Below, piece by piece: positions 31,042 to 45,876 of a stretch of DNA of 64,000 nt (position 1 is its first letter; each line of letters starts with the position of its first letter). A program made the position numbers and the translations under genes. A model generated the notes under the pieces. That model saw nothing but the letters and a program-made list of their open reading frames with translations. It did not search any database and was not told where the DNA came from. Origin of the DNA: the human T2T-CHM13v2.0 reference genome, Homo sapiens; assembly GCF_009914755.1 (NCBI RefSeq), contig NC_060933.1. One strand, written 5' to 3'.

Positions 31042-31503
31042 TTTTAAAATTTTATTATTCTTCTTTAGACTTTTATCGACTTTTTTCAGGGGCTACATAT
31101 GCAGGTTGGTTACATGAGTAAACTGTGTTGCTGAGGTCTGGTGTATGAATGATCCCATCACCCAGGTAGTACCCAATAGGTAGTTTTTCAACCCTTTACC
31201 CCCCGCCCACCCTCCCCCTTCTAGTAGTCCCCAGTGTCTACTGTTCCCATCTTTATGTCCATGTGTACTCAATGTTTAGATCCCACTTATAAGTGAGAAC
31301 ATGTGGTATTTGGTTTTCTGTTCCTGCATTAACTTGCCGAGGATAATGGCCTCCATCTGTATCCATGTTGCTGCAACAGATATGATTTTGTTCTTTTTTA
31401 CAGCTGCATAGTATTCCATGGTGTATATGTACCACATTTTCTTTATCCATTCTACAATTTATGGACATCAGGATTAATTCCATGTCTTTGCTATTGTGAA
31501 TAG
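31042..31503 (-). mobile_element. 5'-truncated L1PA (old, PA13-16-like) 3' end
   Basis: L1PA 3'UTR; TSD CATGTACTTAATCTT / CATGCACTTAATCTT (31027-31041, 31504-31518). Confidence 0.85.
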
Positions 31504-31914
31504 CATGCACTTAATCTTGACACTTTATGTCACACTTAAATAAACCTCTTAGAATCTTGGAAATAGAATATTCATTCTAGGTGAGCAAAATGAGACATTC
31601 AATGACTAGCCCATGATAGGCCAATCAACCTTGTAAGACAGTGATCCCTCAGGTTTGTTCATTAAAGTAAGATAAAGAAGAGCAGATAGAAAGAAAAAGT
31701 CCTAGCCCTCAAAGAAAAATCCATTTTGCTCAACCCCAATATTCCATCATGACCCTACTGAATAGGGCCTCTTTAGCTTATACAATTCTCATAAAAACAA
31801 AGAATAGAGGTTGAAATGCCTCAAAAAAAACCCTTCTTTCTTAGTTCTAGTTTGCATCTGCATAAGTTGACCTTAGGTTTTGAGGACAACACACTCAGAG
31901 CCACCAACATAGAT

Positions 31915-32068
31915 CAGTGGTTCTGAAACTTTAGCATGCTGATTCTTGGGCCCTATCCCAGACTTTTTTATTCAATAGGTCTGGTGTTGGGCCTAGGAAT
32001 TTGCATTTCTAAGCAATTTCCAGGTTAAACTGATATTGCTGGTCTGGGGACCATAATTAGAGAACTAC
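31915..32068. mobile_element. MER5A (hAT-Charlie) fragment
   Basis: cagtggttctgaaact...gggcctaggaatttgcatttctaa...gagaactact. Confidence 0.75.
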
Positions 32069-33944
32069 TCTACTAAATTAACTGTACTTATTTCACTCTA
32101 TTTTTTATATCCCTATCCCTGACTGGTAAAGCTACTTACTTTCCACTTCCAGGCATAGTGATGAACCCTGAATTTGGTATCAATTCTAACCTAAGAAGAG
32201 GGTACTTAAGGCAATCAACCTCAGCGGTCTGTCAAGTCCCATTTGCTACTGGTTCCTTTGTCCTCAGTCCCCTATATTCCTAATGATTAATTACAACTAT
32301 TGTCCCTAGTTTCTCAATGCCTGGCTCCTGGTCTCAGTGGCCCTGCCTCTCCACTTTCCACCACAATGACTAGGTCCATGACACTTGCTTTCAGACTTCT
32401 CACATATCAAATGCCTGCCTTTTAACTTAAACCCAAGCAAGTCAGATGTTCTGACACCCAAACCACAGACCTAGCTTTAAATATTTCTAATGCCCTAATT
32501 CCTGCCTTTTCCTTTCCAATGATTCTGTATGTATACTCTTAACAATTTTTATTGTTGCCTTCTGTTCAGTATTTATTTTCATTGTAGCCCAGGTCTGATT
32601 TCTAGATTTATATTTCCATAGGCCAGTACCTAAACTGATGAGTCATACTCACCCACAGCTAGCCTTGCACTTACATTGAGACGCTCACACTGCCATATCT
32701 AATTTTGCCTATTCTATTTCAGGGTACAGTGGGAAGAGACTTGGAGCCGGACAGATCTGGGCTCAAATCTAAGTTCTGCCATTTATTAGTTATGCCATGT
32801 CGCTAAGTAATTTAGCTGCTAAGAACAAAATGGATGAGTTGTCTGAGAAGTCAGAGAGGTTTTATGTGTAAAACATCAAGAATGGAGGTTTAAAGTGTTC
32901 AATGAATGTTAATTTCCTTCTGTTCCTCCTGCTGCCTCTCCTGGATTATGCAGCTTCTTTCGGTGAACATGTTAGTCAAGAAAGCTAATATATTTCTCTG
33001 TAAAAATGTTTCCTTCAAATATCCACAATATCTGTTTTAATGGACATTCTATTCAATTGCAGAACCCTTTGAAAATCAATTCAAGGCCAGCAAAAGTAAA
33101 ACTTAATTAAAGTAATGGTCATGGTATATGTGTTGGAAACTGGCAAAAGAGAAGGAAGAGATTTTGTTATTGACAATATAAGCCATACTTGCATTACTGC
33201 TTTTGGCAATGTGAGAAACATGCCTATGTTCCTTCTGTAGTGTATGTAGAAAACCCCAAACTGAAAAACTAAATTGAAAACCCCAAATTGTTGAAACACA
33301 CAAAATATATCACACCAGAATATTCATTTAATCTACACAAAGCCATAATAATGGAATTTATAATTTTTAAACTAGTCCTATATACTATGTCAAAATAATC
33401 ATGGCTGAAGCATTTGTGTCCCTTTTTATGGAAAATCTAAAGAAACTTCAAGTCCAAGTCTCCCTCTAGGATTGACAAATTTAGGTATTTTGAGAAGAAA
33501 TCACATCCAGGGAGGAAAAAAAGCTGAACAGTCCCATATTTATCTCCATCCTCTAGGAAACATATTTCTTGCTATGAAAAAAAAAAAATCTGAGATGGAA
33601 AAAGTCATGCTGATTTAATTTTCTTTCAGGGAATAGAGAGGAAGACAAAGCCTTCTCTGTGGGAACAAGAGGCCTTCTATTTTAGCCTAAGTCTACTAAC
33701 ATGAGTCTTAGAAGCTATTCATTTTAAACTGCAGAGAAAAAAGAACATTAAAATAGGCTATGAATTTGATTGTACATTCTAACCACAATGTCATACATCT
33801 AAAATGGCAGGTCAACAAAGTAAGTTTATTTCCTTATCCTAATTTCTCTTCTGTACTTAAGGCTAAGAATTACCATAAGGACCAACTTTGCCCTCAAATA
33901 AATAATACTGTCTATACTCCCTTGAATGACTGCTTCAAATAACA

Positions 33945-34785
33945 ATTTTATTAACTTTCTATTTTGAAATAATATTAGATTTAAAGAGGAGTTGCAAAGA
34001 TAGTACAGGAAGTTCTAATCTACCATTCATCCAGCTTCCACTAATGTTTCTTTTTTTTTTCTTTTTTTTTTTGAGACAGGATCTAGCTCTGTTGCCCAGA
34101 CTGGTGCCATCATGGCTCACTATAGCCTTGACCTCCTGGGCTCACGCGATCCTCCTACTTCAGCCTCCCAAGTAGCTGGGACTACATGCATGCACCACCA
34201 AGTAGCTGGGACTACAAGCATGCTTGACTAATTGTGTAATCTGTTGTAGAGATGGGGTCTCCTTATGTTGCCCAGGCTAGTCTCAAACTCATGGGCTCAA
34301 GCGATCCTCCTGCCTTGGCCTCCCAAAGTGCTGGGATAAGAGGTGTGAGGCACCATGAGGCTCGGCCTGTTTAACTTCGTATGTAATCAGGACATATTTA
34401 TCAAAAAGGAGAAATTAACAATGGCACAATACTATTAACTACTCAGATTTCCCTAATTTTTCTACCAGTATCCATTTTTTCGGTTCCAGAATCCAATCTA
34501 GGATATTGTCTCGCATTTACTCGTCATGTCTCCGCAGCCTCTTCCAATCTGACAGTTTCTCAGTCTTTTCTTGTCTCTTATGACCTTGAAGCTTTTAAGG
34601 GAACTTGACAAGTATTTTGTGAAATTTCCCTCAATTTGGGTTTGTCTGATCTCTTGTCACAATTAGAATGAGGTTATGAATTTTGAGGAAGACTATCACA
34701 AATGTAATGTATCTTTCTCATCTCATCACATTAGGGATACATAATATTCATGACATATTGCTAGTGATGTTACCTTGATCACACA
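33945..34785 (-). mobile_element. Old L1MC-like 3' end interrupted by AluJ (34047-34367)
   Basis: L1MC-type 3' motifs flank an AluJ that has an internal duplication. Confidence 0.65.
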
Positions 34786-37700
34786 GAGGATAATTTTTAA
34801 TGCTAGGAATCTGTTTGTATGATAGCTAAACTTAAAGGATGGCTATCAGGCTTACTGAAAATAAGCAGTGGTTCGGCCAACCAATTAACAAACACTAGGA
34901 CCCACTGAAGGCAGGATAGTCAGACAGATATTAATTTGAGCCAGTTTCTGCCACTTATTAGTTGTCTGTTTTGGGGCAAATTAAGCCTCAGTTTCTTCAT
35001 CTGTAAAATAGAATATATCACCTTCAATTAACTGTTATTTTATCCTTACAAGACAGTAAATATAAAGCACTTACCCTGGCACATAGTAAACAGTCGGTAA
35101 ATGTTAGTGCTGTTCATTCTGGAGTTGATAGTGGTAGTAATAATGTCAGAAGCATTTGTCAAGTTGTGTGGTATTTTTGTCTCAGAAGGAAGTCAAACTA
35201 CAGACAGGAAAACACTACATGTTCGTAAGGTTTTAAAACACATTAAGTATAGTAAAATGCCCTATAAGAGAGATGTTTATAAAGATTAAATTTGTAGTTC
35301 CTTTCTTCTTTAGCAAGAGAAGTGTGCAATTGCTTTGCCATTTGGGTAGAGGTAGGAAAATAACCCTGAAGCAGATCCTCCTGACTGTGAAAAATCATTT
35401 AAGTTGGGTTTCCTTTAGTTACATAAGTATAGCATGAACAGGCCCTACTGTCCTGAGATAAGGGTTTAACAAGACTCTTTATATTTTGAGTGACTAAAGA
35501 AAGGCGCTTAAGCCCTGGGGAGGGAAGAAAGTTTGAGGTTTGTTAGTGAAAAGATTCTACAAAATGTCCTCAAAAAGTACTCTTGGGACCGGCTTACACA
35601 ATGAGATGTGGCTGCATATATAAACTGAAGGAGCTGATTGTTAAGATCTAGAACCTAGGAGACCTAATTTAGAGCATCCTTGAAAGAATGTGGCATTAAG
35701 GGATTGGGTTCATCCTCCCTTAAAGAATCACTGCTGCCTCTGCAAGGATCTGGACCAGTTAAAGCATCATCACAGTTGTGAGCAAGCATCATCCATCCAT
35801 TAGGTTGTTCAGGGACCAGGCTTCACCCCAACAATTCCAGGTAGCAGTGAGAAACAGTAGGATTAGTGAACTGATCAGAATCACATTCCTTTTATACCTA
35901 GCATCACAGGAGGACTGACCCCTAGAGTTATAGGACAATTAGTTACCTGTTGATAATGTGTTGCATCAAGAGGAGAGAGTACTTGACTTTATGCTATTTA
36001 GGCATATGAGGGCCAGAGCAATTAATTGGAAAAATAAAAGAAGTAAAGTTTGTCAATTATATAAGCTTTCAACTTTCCAATATCTATTGTTTGCTACCCT
36101 CAAAGGCCTCCTTATAAAGATTAACAGTTTTAAAAACTCTTAAAAGGTAAAGGGCCTTTGGATTTCTTTTCAGTAATGCAGAAAGAATGTGGATATGGGG
36201 ACACTGCTTGACACTCAGCAGCAAGGCTAATGCAGGAATAAAAATCCCATGGGATACAGTGGGTGGTAGCAATTGCTGGAGCATAGGAAAGCAGATTCAA
36301 TTCCTGCAGCCTGCAACAAAGGAAGAATGGTAAGCACAGGGAGAGGGTGTGGGCCTGAGAAGGAACTTTGTGCCTAAGCATTTCCATAAGTTCAACTTAG
36401 AAATACAAACTACCTTTAGATTTGTATGTATTAATGCAAAAATTACAAAATTTCCACAGAATTATGCACAGAAACATGGCTGTCATGGCGTATCACCCTT
36501 CTGACTCTTCTGACTACTCTCCATATTTTAAATATTCTCCCCATTCTCACTAATATTACCCTAATTTTGGCCCTTGTTAGTTTTTACTCTGCCTCCAATC
36601 TCTCCCTACTTACATCTACTCATTCTCCTACTGCTACAATCCAGTGTTGATCTTTCTCCTGCTTAAAAATTGCTTTGTGAATAAAACCCAAATCATCCGT
36701 CTGGCCCTAAAGGCTCCCTGTGACCTGACCCCAACAGGACTTACCAGACTCATCTCCTGCCCCCACTCCTCTTCCACTTGACATCTTCAGTAAGCCCATC
36801 TCTGAGACGTTAATCTTGCTGTTTGCTGTCTGTAAAGTCCTTTCTCATCTTTTTTCACTTCTGTATGTCTAAATCCTTTCCTTCCTTCAAAGCTGGGATC
36901 AAAAGCTACCTCCTCAATGAATTCAGCTCTGAGTTTTCCAGCTATAAGTGATGTCTCCCAGCTTCTTAATCCTCTTAACATTTTATCTTTATACTGTATT
37001 TTGTGATGTGGGTCAATTTTTACTTTGTATTGTAACTATTTACACATATTTAATAGTGTCCTTATTAGACTAGAAGCTCCTTTTGAATGAGACCCATTAT
37101 CTTATTTATCTTTTATCTCTCACAAGGCTTATTAAATTACCTGCAGATAAATGCGGTATTTAGTATAAGGTATTTATTTTATTCAACAGAAACCATAATA
37201 CCAAATACTGCATTTATAGAAACTTAATTATTTATACTATTAGCATATATTCAACTACAGATTTAGAGGGGAGCTTCTCACAAAAATGAAATAAATGATC
37301 TAATACTATAAATAACAAAATTTTAAGATATTTCTTTAAAAAATTATAAACTGGCCTAAAACTAACTTAATAAAATGAAATAAGTAGAGGAGTCTGCAAC
37401 ATGGTTTAGGGACGGTAACATGTTTAATCAACGGCAATATCAACACACTGTGACATGTTAATGTTCACAAAGGTCACCGAGACCTGGAAAAAAGTTTTTT
37501 TTTTTTTCATTCATTTGACTACAGCTGATATCTAGTTAATGATTAGACTAGGAGGGCAGATTATGCCCTGTATTGAATGGAAACTTTAAGACAAAAATCC
37601 ACTGAAAAAAACATAGAGCTTTCCAGAATGTATTAGATACGCATTATTTACACTTAAATCCCAATGCACTCAGTGCCTTTTTCTGAACAAGCTCCTCTCT

Positions 37701-38084
37701 GACCATTTATTAACATGCAAACTTTAATTTGTTTTTCCATGAACTTAACATACTTGATATCTTCTAAGAAATAAACCATTTGGTCCTATACAAGCATTTA
37801 TTGAATCAAATGAATCACAATAAGATAAAGGCTAAAAGCAGTTACCTACTTTTGATCAAGATGGCTACCTTTAAAAAGTCTACTTTCACGGAAAAAAATA
37901 TTCAAGTGTACCATAAAGGCAATTTAAACTAGAGACTGGTATAATTGCAGGAATAATTGGGGTACAGAGTAAAGTTATCTTAAAATAAAAAAAAGTGAAG
38001 TATTGTTCTGCTTTCCTACAAAATAGCATAAGAATATGCTAGATTAGATTTTGAGTTTGACACACAACGAATATACAAATGCTT

Positions 38085-38600
38085 ACTTTCAAGTGTCTGC
38101 CAGACATCTCTACCTGAATATCCCATAGTCACTTCAAAATCAACATTTTTGAAACCTAACATCATCATGTCCCTCCAACTTGCTTATCTATCTGTACTCT
38201 TTAATTAGTTATTAATAATAGAATAGCTCTTCACTTATGTGCTCAAGCCAGAAACATGGGAGTCATCTCTCTTTCTCTTTCTCTTTCTCTCTCTCTCCAT
38301 AGACAAGCAACCATTTAGTACTGTATATTTTATCTTCCAAATATCTCTTAAATTCTCTCATTTCCAGCACTATTGTCAATGCCAATATTAATATCTTAAG
38401 TCAGGCCTTTAAGTTCTCTTGCTTAGATTGTTACAACAGCTTTCTCAATCTGGTTTCCTTGCCTGAGCCCACTCTTTCTAACCACCAGACTTCTGGCAGA
38501 CTAATTTTTCCAAAAAACAAGTCTGATGTCACCTCTTGTTAAATATTCTTCAATGGATAAACGTATTTACAAGGCACATCAGGGCCTTCATGGTTTGGCC
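38085..38600 (+). mobile_element. L2 fragment
   Basis: agacatctctacctgaatatccc..; gctcaagccagaaacatgggagtcatc. Confidence 0.6.
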
Positions 38601-39294
38601 CCGTTTATTCTTCATTCATTCATTCTGTTCATTCATCAAGTATTTACTGAATATCTAGTATGTGCCAATCACTGTTCTAGGTGTCAGAAATATAACAGTA
38701 GACAAATAGACAAAAATGTCATCCTGTCATTGCCTACTTCCTTTCAACCCTTCTTCCCCACTACTACCAAACTTTGTCTTCAAGAAATAGTGAACCACTT
38801 GCAATCAGTGAAGACGTCTTTTTCTTTATACAAATTTCTACTCACTCTTCAATATCAATCCAAATGCAACTGCCTCTCTTAAGATCTCCCTGAATGTTTG
38901 CAAGTCTATCTTTGCAAGTCCACTAGCCAGTAAGTTCCTTGAGAATAGAGGTAATATCTTTTGACATATGGTTGGCAAATGCAATGTCTTTTTAAAAATA
39001 AAACATGAATGAAATGACAAAGTTTTTCTAAATTGTTAATTGTTTCTAGTGATCAAATAACCTTTTTCTCAATCTTCCAGAAGTATAGGCAAAGTAGTAA
39101 ATAAGAGTTTGCAAAAGCAGCTGTTACTGTCCAGTATTACACAAGAGATGACCTTCAGAGCCCTATATGAATGTAAGCCTCCGAGGTGTTTTGTCATCTT
39201 TCCATTTGAAATTTATTTTGGCATCAGTTTACTTCATAAGTTTGCCTTTTAACCTGAGGCACATTCCCACAATTAAAATGCAAAATAGTAAATA

Positions 39295-39606
39295 CAGTTG
39301 TCCCTGAGCATGGGATGGGGCTTGGCTCCAGGACCTTCCCACCATACCGAAGTCTTCAGATGCTCAAGTCCTTTCCATAAAATGGCACAGTATTTGCATA
39401 TGCACGTCCTCCCAGATACTTTAAGGTTACTTATAATACCTAATACAATGTAAATGCTATGTAAATAATTGTTGTTTTATACTGTTTTCTTAAATTTTCA
39501 TTTTTTATTGTTGTACTGTTATTTTTAATTGGTTTTTAAAAAATATTTTCAACCTGCATTGCTTGAATCTGCAGATGTGGAACTCACAGATAAGGAAAGC
39601 TGACTG
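39295..39606. mobile_element. MER2 (Tigger-family MITE)
   Basis: TA|CAGTTGTCCCT ... AGCTGACTG|TA termini and MER2 body. Confidence 0.8.
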
Positions 39607-39627
39607 TAAATTTTAAGATACACTGTA

Positions 39628-40206
39628 GAGCTAGTCCTCAAATAATGTAGTTTCAGTACAACATTGTTGAAGACAAATGATTCCCAGTGGAAGCTACTAT
39701 CTGTGTGGAGTTTGCATGTTCTCCCCATGTCGGTCTAGGTTTTCTCTGGGTACTCTGGTTTCCTCTCACATCCAAAAGATGTGCATGTCAGGCTAACTGG
39801 CAAGTTGAGATCATCCCAGGATGATTGAGTGTGGCGGGGTGTGTGAATGCACCCTATGATGGAATGGTGTCCTGTCCAGGGTTGGTTCTGCCTTGCACCT
39901 TGAGCTGCTGGGACAGGCTCCAACCACCCATGACCCTAAACTGGAATAACTAGGTAAATAATTTTCTTACTTGTTATTAATTTTTCTTACATATATGTAT
40001 AGTTCACATTTATTTCAATGTTTATTATTAGAAGTGTTTTTGGTCTTTTTTTGATAGTTTGGTGATGTTTCTATGACCAGAAATATGCATATGAACTTGA
40101 ACTCTTGTTTATATCCATTAGCCTACGGTAAAATTGGTTTTGTTGTACCTTGTTTTGCTTAAAGTCGCAGTTTCCAAGAACCTACGATGATGAGGAGGAC
40201 TTACTG
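39628..40206. mobile_element. MER82 (Tigger-family)
   Basis: tgtgtggagtttgcatgttctccccatgtc.. body; ends gaggacttactg. Confidence 0.75.
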
Positions 40207-40334
40207 TGTAGCAGCAACGACAGATTTTATGGAAAAGGATATTATCCAATACAGAATTTCTTTATCTAAGACAGTCTAAAATGATGCACCTTGTACTCTA
40301 ACCTACCGTGAATACATTAAAAAGTCTCAAATCA

Positions 40335-40564
40335 GGCCAGGCACGGTGGCTCACACCTGTAATTCCAGCACTTTGGGAGGCTGAGTCGGGTGGATCACAA
40401 GGTCAGGAGTTCAAGACCAGCCTGGCCAAGATGGTGAAATCCCGTCTCTACTAAAAATACAAAAAAATATTAGCCGGGCGTGGTGGCGGGTGCCCGTAAT
40501 CCCAGCTACTTGGGAGGCTGAGGCAGAGAATTGCTTGAACACGGGAGGCGGAGGTTGTAGTGGC
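40335..40564 (+). mobile_element. AluS lacking 3' end, with TSD
   Basis: TSD AAAAAG(T/C)CTCAAATCA at 40319-40334 and 40566-40581. Confidence 0.85.
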
Positions 40565-41952
40565 AAAAAAGCCTCAAATCAATGTGCAATTGTCTACATA
40601 TAAAGGCATCCCTGATAACATTTTAAGAACTATATTGAGATTCACGCATTCACTAAGCATACTGCTTTTTGAGATAAAATGCTACCTGATTTCTCTATTC
40701 ATTTATTAAGCACATGTCAAAATATAAATCAGGAAAAACATTTGAAATGTGTTTCAAAAGCAAAACTGAAAAGTTCAGATACTGTACACCAACTCCTTCC
40801 AATTAAACAGGTTGGAACACCAATGGTGATGTGAGGGGGTGGACATCCGTCAGTACATAAAGAACTTTGTGTTTGCACACAAAGACATTGCTCAACCCAC
40901 ATCTGGCTCCTGCAGCCAAAATCTACCCTCACTGGGGTGACTCCCACTGAAATATATGGGCATAAAGAATAGGGAAATGAATTTTTTAAAAGCCAATTGT
41001 TAGTTCCATAGACTTTCAATATATGAGGGAATCAGGATAGAATTGAATCCACTTTTCTACTCTCATTTTTTAAAAGAGAACAGAGAGGTCACAACAGAAG
41101 AGAATTTGGTGTTAGGATATCAGATTTCTTATGTCATTGTATAATCAGGAAATTCACTGGAATTTTCATGTTTTTTTTTTTCTCCTGATAGGTCTTCTCA
41201 TCTCTCTGCCACTCTAAATCATAACCTGTAAGACCTCCACCTCCTATGGAAAGCCTTTCCTATTACACTTTAATTTACTTACTCCTGTTCTTTTTCTACT
41301 CTGAACTACTATACTTACAAATTAAGCAGATATTCATAAACTATTTTGTATTGTATGTGTTTCATAGTTTTGCACAGATTAGATTATAAATTTCTTGACA
41401 AGAGCAAAAGCAATATTCCAAAGTGCCTAATAAAAAGGAAGGGCAATATAACAGATATTGCAATTGGTATTTGTTCATCAAAGGGCTGGTCCTTTCATGC
41501 TCTAATTTCTACTACGCCAAAACTAGGATTAGTCCTTACAAAGAAGAGTTATTATTTACATAACATGAGCTACATCACACCAGGGTCAGTGTCTGATTAC
41601 CAAAAGACAACTAGAAGAAATTTTTAGAAAATATCAAGAAGTCTGCACCACAGCATTGAATTTCTTACAATACTCACTCTCTTTGCTCAATATCTGAGAT
41701 TTTGAGAAAGGCTGTACCAGCATAGTGGATAGGAGTATATACTCTAGATCCAGACTGCAAATGTTTTAATTCCAACTCTTTTACTTACTGGCAGTTATGC
41801 AGCAAATTAGGCAAATTACCTAACTTGCATTTTTTTTCCTGTACAAATGAGAATAATAATAATAGTGTCTACATTATATGGTTGCTATGAAAATTACATA
41901 AATTAATAACTGCAAAGGGCTTAGGATAATGCCTAGCAAGTATTCAGTTTAA

Positions 41953-42300
<348 letters not shown>

Positions 42301-42476
42301 TGTATAATAGGTTTTTAAATAAAAATTGAAGACAATAAGAGAATTTCTTCTGTTTATAATGAACAACTTCTTCCCTAGCATACCAACAAAAAACAAATAC
42401 CCCAAAATCTACTCATACTCAAGGGTGGTTGATTTAATCCTCCTTTTTGGTATAACACTAATTCTATTCCTCAGTT

Positions 42477-42490
42477 AAAACAAACAAACA

Positions 42491-42555
<65 letters not shown>
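42477..42555 (+). repeat. Compound (CAAA)n-(CA)n-(A)n microsatellite
   Basis: Directly visible. Confidence 0.95.
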
Positions 42556-42556
<1 letters not shown>

Positions 42557-42880
42557 AGGTCAGGCATGGTGGCTCCTGCCTGCAATCCCAGAACTTTGGG
42601 AGGCCAAGGCAGATGGATCACTTGAGCCCAGGAGTTGAAGACCAACCTGGGCAACATGGTAAAACCCTGTCTCTACAAAAAATAGGCAGGCGTGGTGGTG
42701 CATGCCTGTGGTCCCAGCTACTTGGGAGGCTGAGGTGGGAGGATCCATTGAGCCCAGGAGGTTGAGGCTGCAGCGAGCCATGATTGAGCCACATTGCACT
42801 CCAGGCTGGGTGACAGAGCGAGATCTTGTCTTAAAAAAAAAAAAAAAAAAAAAACAGAAACAAAACCAAAAAACCAAAAA
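42557..42880 (+). mobile_element. AluJ
   Basis: Alu consensus, J-type. Confidence 0.88.
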
Positions 42881-42989
42881 GAGATTCAACTAGTAGAGAG
42901 TTATTGAGCTGAATCTACGTGCCAGTCTAAGTGGACACAGGCACACACACACACACACACACACGTATGTGCACAATTTAGTTTTCTTC

Positions 42990-43225
42990 TTTTAAACTTT
43001 TTTTAATTTTTAATTTTTATGGATATATAATAGTCATATATATTTATAGGGGACATGTGGTTTTTATATAAGCATACAATGGGTAATGACCTTTGTGTTG
43101 GAAACATTCCAAATCTACTCTTCTAGCTTTTTGAAATATACAAAATATATTGTTAACTATAGTCACCTTATTGTGTTACCAAGCACTAGATCTTTATTCT
43201 TCTATCTAACTGTATTTTTGTACTA
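42990..43225 (-). mobile_element. L1MA 3'-end fragment
   Basis: ttttatggatatataatagtcatatatatttatagggg. Confidence 0.7.
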
Positions 43226-43696
43226 ATTATCAGAAAAATCCTTCATGTTAGATATATTAATCCTATTTTACAGATAAAAGCAATGAGGTTCAGAGAGGTC
43301 AAACAGCTTAATAAAGGTCACATAGTTAGCCAGTGGCTGAACCAAGAACAGAATCCAAGTCTACCAATTTCAAATTCCGCTCCCTTTCTACTACACGTCA
43401 TCACACTACTTGTCTACAATTTCCTTTCTCCCTTAACCCACTCACATATAATTTCTAGCAGAGCAGAACACAGAGCTGTTTGCTCAGAGTTCATCCACAT
43501 CTTCTTGCAAAGTACACAGTCCTGCAACTTTCCATTTCTGTTCTAGTTTCATGTCAATTTAACTTCCTACTAAGAAATTCAGTGCTTAGGGCTATGTGGA
43601 TTTAGAGCTCCTAAGCCTTCCTTATAAAGACTTCCTTTAAGTACAGGCTTTTAAACTACTTCTGTGATACACTACTTGTTCTGACAAATTGCCTGA

Positions 43697-44022
<326 letters not shown>

Positions 44023-44702
44023 TTTATTTTTTAATAATATTTTTTAAAACTAAAAAAATGACTCTGTTGTGACCAATAGAAGTATAAATTTATCTCAGAA
44101 GTTTAATATGCCAAAGACAAACAAGAAATACAGCAAGTAAAGAAACAAAGACTGGAAGGAGCATGGAGGAAAACTTACTGGAAGAGAGGTCAAGAAACTG
44201 AGAGGCTGAAGTATTGTTAGGCTCATCTATAGATACTGCAATCATCTAAAATTATGGCAAGTGTAGTGCCAGAGATAACAGTGAGCCAAGTGTAAGAAAT
44301 AAAGGCTGGTGCCCAGGAGTAGAAACAGCAACAAGGAGGTGTGACAGCATAGTCTGCTGCCATGAGCTTCAAAGGAGTTTTTAGGACGGAGGCTGGGAAG
44401 AACACTCTGAGAGCAGCAATGAAGAGTAAGAGAGATATCTATTGCAACTCCAGGTCCAGAAGTAAGAGTGTGAGACAGAAAACAACCATTACCTGCATGA
44501 GCTGCAGGGGAAGGAAGATCCTTCCAGATTTCACTTAGAAGAAGATGATAAAGGATTTTAGAAATCAACACACTTTGATGCTATGAGGATAATATAAAAC
44601 CATGTGTTACCTCATTAAAAAAAGGAAAACTACTAAGGATAACAGAAGCTATCAGGTAGGCACACATAGAAAATAGTCCATATAGAACAGGGAAAAATAA
44701 TA

Positions 44703-45876
44703 CAGTCAGGTGCAACATGATGACATTTCCGTCAATGACGTATGGAATATATCATGATGGTCCCTTAAGATTATAATGAAGCTGAAAAATTCCGATCACC
44801 TAGTGAGATCATAGCTGTGGTAACACACTGCAACATATTACTCATGTGTTCATGGTGATGTTGGTGTAAACAAACCTACTGCACTGCCAATCATATAAAA
44901 GTATAGCATGTACAATTATACACAGTACATAATACTTAATAATGAAAATAAATGACTTACTGGTTCATGTATTTACTATACTACAGTTTTTATTGTTATG
45001 TTAGAGTGTACATCTACGATTTTTAAAAAGTTAACTAGAACAGCCTCAGGCAGTTTCTTCATGAGGTATCCCAAAAGAAAGCACTGTTATCATGGATGAC
45101 AGCTCCATGCATGTTATTCCCCCGAAGACCTTCTAGTGGGATGAAATGTGGAGGTGGAAGACAGTACTATTGGTCCTGACTTTGTGTAGGCCTAGGCTAA
45201 TGTGTATATTTACGTCGTAGTTTTTAACACAAAAGTTTAATAAGTAAAAAATAAAATTTTAAAATAGAAAAAAGCTTATAGAATAAGGATATAAAAAAGA
45301 AAATATTTTTGTACAACTGTACAATGGACTTATGTTTAAGCTAAGTGTTATCAAAAAGAGTCAAAAAGTTTAAAACATCAGAGATCATAATGTTAAAAAG
45401 CTAGAGTAAGCTAAGATTAATTTACTATTGAAGAAAACTTTTTAAAAATAAATTTAGTGTAGCCTAAGTGTGCAGACTTTATAAATTCTACAGTAGTGTA
45501 CAATAATATCCTAGGCTTTCACTTTCACTCATGACTCAATCACTGACTCACCCAGACCAACCATCAGTCCTGCAAACTCCATTCATAGTAAGTACCCTAG
45601 ACAGGTGTGCCGTTTTTATCTTTTATACGTTTGCTGTATCTTTTCTATGTTTAGATACAAAAATATTTACCATTGTACTAAAATTGCCTACAGTATTCAG
45701 TTCAGAAACATGCTGTACAGGTTTGTAGCCTAGAAGCAACAGGCCATACTATATAGTCTAGGTATACAGCAGGCTATACCATCTAGGTTTGTGTAAGTAC
45801 ATTCTATGATGCTGTGTGACAATGAAATTGCCTAATAACACATTTCTCACAACATATCTCCACCATTAAGTAACGT
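44703..45876. mobile_element. Tigger3/Golem-type non-autonomous DNA transposon (~1.2 kb)
   Basis: TA|CAGTCAGGTGCAACATGATGACATTTCCGTCAATGAC start; end motif aaattgcctaataacacatttctcacaacatatctccaccattaag. Confidence 0.8.

Noticed and set aside
33250-33296. Short direct repeat GAAAACCCCAAA x2
   Set aside because: Small slippage duplication; no array structure.
35370-35900. Possible ancient LTR or promoter with TATATAAA near 35617
   Set aside because: Cannot assign termini or family; TATA-like words are common in AT-rich DNA.
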